Assembly: GCA_021813145.1 (NCBI GenBank)
Contig: JAKALS010000002.1
Span: 149,862 to 213,861, forward strand
DNA length: 64,000 nucleotides
Source: a bacterium
Lineage (GTDB): Bacteria; Patescibacteriota; Microgenomatia; Levybacterales; UBA12049
Reading direction: 5' to 3'
Under the pieces are notes generated by a model. That model was not told where the DNA came from. It did no database searches and saw only the letters and a program-made list of their open reading frames with translations. The position numbers were made by a program, and so were the translations under genes. The number at the start of each line of letters is the position of its first letter. Position 1 is the stretch's first letter. Shown piece by piece: positions 60,525 to 64,000 of the stretch.

Positions 60525-61172
60525 TTAAGGAGTTTTGGTATAGACTGTCATTTTGGCAGACATACCGTTTAAAATCTGCGGATATTTTGAAGCATCAAAT
60601 TTTGCATATACGACAAACTGCTGGGTAGGTCTTTCGCTAGAAACCGAAAATTGAAGTTGGGTAACTTTAGCCGTAGGGCTTATTTCGTCTACATAGCCCC
60701 AGAAAGTTTTTCCGGGCAAAGCGTCAACCGTAAAGGAAACAGGCTGACCGATTTTAACCTGGTTTAGGCCCTTATTTTCGTCTATAGTTCCCGCTACTCT
60801 CATATCCGATAAATTTATCATTTGAACTACCGGAGTCTGAGCCGTTGCCATACTTCCGATAGCCTGGTCCGTAGAAACAACCAATCCATCCTCGTATGCA
60901 ACAAGACTCTGGGTTCCGACAATTGCGACAACATCTCCTTTTTTGACGTGTTCTCCTTCATAAACCCTCATCTGGTATAAAGTTCCCGGAGTCGAAGGCG
61001 CAATTGTTACGATCGGAGCATCTATTAAGGACGTATCTATACTTACCCTATCCCTTAACTTTTCGTAAAATACATATCCGCCTATTAACGCCACTGCTAC
61101 CACCACTATTATGAGAATCCTCATAACCTTAGGATTTCTTATCCTTTTTATTAAAGCTTGTATTTTTTTCAT
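60525..61172 (-). CDS. Short HlyD/EmrA-type efflux adaptor lacking the alpha-hairpin
   Basis: N-terminal TM, lipoyl halves directly joined, IDE..VKIGQ..VDA..G.V..I, GMSA. Confidence 0.8.
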   Translation of the reverse strand: MKKIQALIKRIRNPKVMRILIIVVVAVALIGGYVFYEKLRDRVSIDTSLIDAPIVTIAPSTPGTLYQMRVYEGEHVKKGDVVAIVGTQSLVAYEDGLVVSTDQAIGSMATAQTPVVQMINLSDMRVAGTIDENKGLNQVKIGQPVSFTVDALPGKTFWGYVDEISPTAKVTQLQFSVSSERPTQQFVVYAKFDASKYPQILNGMSAKMTVYTKTP

Positions 61173-62332
61173 ATAATGTTATAGAGTTTAGAAATTACCG
61201 ATTCGGGATTTGTAATAACCTTATCGCTTGCCGAAAGTCCGCTAAGAATTTCCGTTTGACCATTGGATGTATTTCCTATAGTTACCTCTTTAATTACAGG
61301 TTTTCCATTTTCAAGTACCCATACATAATTGTCGGATAGCACGGTCCACGAAGGGACAAGCATTACTTTTTGGGTAAAATTACTTTTTATAAGAACTGTT
61401 CCGGATTGTCCAAGTATTGCCGTATCCGGATTTAGACCGTTTGCCTTAATGTCAACCCTGTATACGCTTTCTCCCGTTGGAAGAATAGTTCTTTGCGGAT
61501 AGATTTTATCGACTACTCCCGAAATTACCTGCCCCTTTTGGCTGTCCAGCATTATTTTTGCGCTGTTACCGACACTTATAAAGGGGATATCCTGTTCTCT
61601 TACGTTTGCTGAAAATACCATAGAGGAAGGATCTGCTATTACAATTGTTGTAGCCGGAGTAACATTAACGCCGGATGAGGTAACATCTTCATGCATTACC
61701 ACCCCGTTTATCGGCGATGTTAAATTTGCAAGCTGCAGGGCATAATTTGCAATATTAATATTTATCTGAGCCGAGTTTTGGGCTATTAAGGCATTATCCA
61801 CAATTCTTTTTACGTTATCGTAAATTACATTTGTCTCGGGGACTGCCGAATATCCCTGTTTGTTTGTTTGGTCAAGAGAGGTTCTTTGCTGTCCTTCCAA
61901 GACTCCTGCCTGTTGACTTTGCTGAGCCTGATCTGCGGAATTTTTAGCAATCTGATAATTATTTGCCATTAGCTGGAGTTGCTGCTGTAAATCATAGGTA
62001 TCAAGACTTGCAATTGTTTCTCCCTGGTAAACAGCGTCTCCCTCTTTAACCCCAAGGTACGCAAGTTTTCCTCCTGTTAAGAAATTCAAATTAGCGGTAT
62101 TTTGAGCATTTGTATAACCGGAGGCAAGAATTTGCGAACCTACCACCTGGACATTTGCGGTCTCTGTTTTAGGCAATTGGTAAGCACTTGCCAAGAAGGT
62201 AACCGAAAAAATACCTGCTAGGGTCACTACCAAAGTTACAAGAAAATACTTAAGCAAATTCATTCTTCGTGAATTTTGTTTTTCATTTTTATTTTTTAAA
62301 CTTTTACTTTTCATAATTGTCGGATTTTTCAA
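61169..62332 (-). CDS. Efflux membrane-fusion (adaptor) protein
   Basis: TM, GVKEGD, Gln-rich coiled coil, LTSPINGVV, VP..V, EILSGL..DKV; true start may be a downstream Met. Confidence 0.82.
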   Translation of the reverse strand: MKNPTIMKSKSLKNKNEKQNSRRMNLLKYFLVTLVVTLAGIFSVTFLASAYQLPKTETANVQVVGSQILASGYTNAQNTANLNFLTGGKLAYLGVKEGDAVYQGETIASLDTYDLQQQLQLMANNYQIAKNSADQAQQSQQAGVLEGQQRTSLDQTNKQGYSAVPETNVIYDNVKRIVDNALIAQNSAQININIANYALQLANLTSPINGVVMHEDVTSSGVNVTPATTIVIADPSSMVFSANVREQDIPFISVGNSAKIMLDSQKGQVISGVVDKIYPQRTILPTGESVYRVDIKANGLNPDTAILGQSGTVLIKSNFTQKVMLVPSWTVLSDNYVWVLENGKPVIKEVTIGNTSNGQTEILSGLSASDKVITNPESVISKLYNII

Positions 62333-62741
62333 TCAATGTTTCCAAAATCCTAAGCATATCTTGCTTATCTTTTAATGAAAGTGAAGAGAGAAGAATATTT
62401 ATTTTTGTTTCTCTTTGCTTCATTGCTTCCTGGAATAGTTTTTCTCCGTGTTTTGTCAGGTTTATTTTTACTATTCTTCTGTCTTTAATGTCATTTTTTC
62501 TCTGGGCATAACCCATTTCTATAAGTTTGTCCATTAAAGAAGTTGCGCTCGGCATCGTAATCGAAAAATATTCCGAAATATCTTTCATTTGCGCGTCTTT
62601 GTTATGTTTAAGAAAAATTAACGCCTCAAATTGAACCATTGTAAGGTTTGAGGTTTTTGAATGGAAAGACATTGTAGGCTTCATGGATTTAAAAAACCTA
62701 AACATCGTTTCCAAAATCCTGTCATTTATTTCATCTTTCAT
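62304..62741 (-). CDS. MarR-family transcriptional regulator
   Basis: LTMVQFEAL, SATSLMDKL..GY..R....DRR...LT..G. Confidence 0.92.
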   Translation of the reverse strand: MKDEINDRILETMFRFFKSMKPTMSFHSKTSNLTMVQFEALIFLKHNKDAQMKDISEYFSITMPSATSLMDKLIEMGYAQRKNDIKDRRIVKINLTKHGEKLFQEAMKQRETKINILLSSLSLKDKQDMLRILETLIEKSDNYEK

Positions 62742-62754
62742 ACCTTTTGAAAAA

Positions 62755-62795
62755 CTAATGATTAGATAGTATAACTAATTCTCTTAAAATTGTCA
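62755..62795 (-). promoter_or_regulatory. marR-operon promoter with overlapping palindromic operator
   Basis: Minus strand TTGACA-17 nt-TATACT; imperfect palindrome ATTAGATAGTATAACTAAT (62761-62779) covers the -10. Confidence 0.75.
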
Positions 62796-62819
62796 ACGTT
62801 TAAGTTTCTCTCTTAAAAA

Positions 62820-62828
62820 TGATATAAT
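62820..62828 (+). promoter_or_regulatory. Extended -10 promoter of tRNA-Glu
   Basis: TG-A-TATAAT, 9 nt upstream of the tRNA. Confidence 0.55.
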
Positions 62829-62837
62829 TAGATACGA

Positions 62838-62911
62838 GCCGCGTTCGTCTAGTGGCCCAGGACGCCGGGTTCTCATCCCGGAAATCAGGGGTTCAACTCC
62901 CCTACGCGGTA
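62838..62911 (+). tRNA. tRNA-Glu (anticodon CTC), CCA not encoded
   Basis: Acceptor GCCGCGT/ACGCGGT, anticodon arm CCGGG-TT CTC AT-CCCGG, T arm AGGGG-TTCAACT-CCCCT. Confidence 0.95.
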
Positions 62912-62987
62912 CAGAAACTTTTTATGTGATTTAAATCACTTTTGCCTCTTTACAACTCCCAAATTTTTTTGTTAGAATTTTCAGCTA

Positions 62988-63209
62988 ATGGGAGAAAAAG
63001 AACCTAAAATAACAACCGATAGGAAGCTCATAAAAGCCGGACACGTTTGCTCCGGCTATTGCATGCCCGACAGCGGAATGTCACCTACCCAAGCAAGGCT
63101 TTTAACCATAGATCGATCCCAACACTCGTCACATTTCGAAGAAAGAAGAGAAACTAGTCTGCCTGGGGCGGATTTGCATACAAAACAGGCCTCGTCGGAA
63201 CCTCGGTAG
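62988..63209 (+). CDS. Small hypothetical protein (uncertain)
   Basis: 73-aa ORF filling the tRNA-lon gap, preceded by TTTACA-18 nt-TAGAAT with TG extension; overlaps lon 3' end by 56 bp. Confidence 0.35.
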   Translation: MGEKEPKITTDRKLIKAGHVCSGYCMPDSGMSPTQARLLTIDRSQHSSHFEERRETSLPGADLHTKQASSEPR

Positions 63210-64000
63210 TCACTTTTGTTTTTATAGGTTTTTTAAGGGCTACTCCTAACACCTCGTCCATATGGGAAACAAACACGAATTTGAGATCTTTTAATACTTC
63301 TTTAGGCACATCCTCCAAGTCTTTTTTATTATCTTTTGGAATTATTATTGTCTTAAGTCCCGCCCTATGAGCGGCTATTACTTTTTCCTTAAGGCCTCCG
63401 ATCTCAAGAACTCTTCCGCGCAAGGTTACTTCCCCCGTCATTCCGACTTTTCTGTCTACGGGTATTTTTGTAAGGGCAGAAACCATTGCAGTCGTGATTG
63501 CGATTCCCGCGGAAGGGCCGTCTTTGGGCACTGCTCCTTCAGGAACATGAATATGAATGTCCAGTTTCTGGTAGAATTTTTCGGAAAGACCCAAAGCCTG
63601 TGCTCTTGCGCGTATATATGAAAGTGCTGCCTGACAGGATTCTTTCATCACGTCTCCTAACTGTCCCGTAAGTATTAAGCTTCCTTTTCCGGGCATAAGA
63701 GCCACCTCTATAAACAGTATGTCTCCTCCGGCTTCCGTCCAGGCAAGGCCGGTAGACATACCTACCTCATCCTTTTTCTCTATCAGGGTTGAGCTAACTT
63801 TAATGGGGCCTAAGAATTTCGGAACATTTTTATCCGTCACTATGACTTTCTGTTTTTTGCCCTCTGCTACCATTTTTGCCACTTTTCTAAAAATTGCCGC
63901 AAACTGTCTCTCGAGGCTTCGCACACCTGCTTCTCTCGTGTAATGATCAATTACAAATCTTATAGCATCATCTTTTACTTCAATGTTTGAGGAGGTTAAC
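63154..64000 (-). CDS. lon: ATP-dependent Lon protease (3' part; 5' end beyond window)
   Basis: Frame open to window edge (..YTREAGVRSLER), GLAWT..GG, HIHVPEGAVPKDGPSAG, IGGLKEK Ser-Lys dyad. Confidence 0.96.
   Translation of the reverse strand, partial: LTSSNIEVKDDAIRFVIDHYTREAGVRSLERQFAAIFRKVAKMVAEGKKQKVIVTDKNVPKFLGPIKVSSTLIEKKDEVGMSTGLAWTEAGGDILFIEVALMPGKGSLILTGQLGDVMKESCQAALSYIRARAQALGLSEKFYQKLDIHIHVPEGAVPKDGPSAGIAITTAMVSALTKIPVDRKVGMTGEVTLRGRVLEIGGLKEKVIAAHRAGLKTIIIPKDNKKDLEDVPKEVLKDLKFVFVSHMDEVLGVALKKPIKTKVTTEVPTRPVLYANPPQAD

Noticed and set aside
62838-62911. tRNA-Glu as an integration site for the neighbouring genes
   Set aside because: No integrase nearby and no duplicated tRNA 3' end noticed in the window.

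Overview
AT-rich bacterial chromosomal segment (standard code, TGA used as stop). The gene families and compact layout suggest a Patescibacteria/CPR genome, probably Microgenomates (inference). About 57.7 kb is one almost unidirectional, minus-strand surface-glycosylation super-locus. It holds about 17 polytopic GT-C-type membrane glycosyltransferases (GT39/GT83-like, YfhO, PTPS-related, AftD-like, MptA/B-like), five polyprenol-phosphate sugar synthase-type GT2s, other GT2/GT4/GT11/CgeB enzymes, two flippases, two acyltransferases, methyltransferases, galE and GDP-fucose synthase. A visibly more AT-rich block (~3.7-16.4 kb) starts with a counter-oriented replication-relaxation family gene and carries a fucosylation/methylation cassette. 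The right end has an orphan repeat/HExxH protein, a MarR-adaptor-adaptor-MFS efflux operon, tRNA-Glu(CTC) and the 3' part of lon. Signals not explained by the gene calls: dispersed degenerate 7-nt-period tandem arrays translated in frame inside many genes (four at the same position of paralogous GT2s), 8-nt-period intergenic arrays, several leaderless-type promoters including a bidirectional one sharing a palindromic -35, and a palindrome shared between the marR promoter and a glycosyltransferase leader. All family calls come from motif recognition by eye, not database searches.
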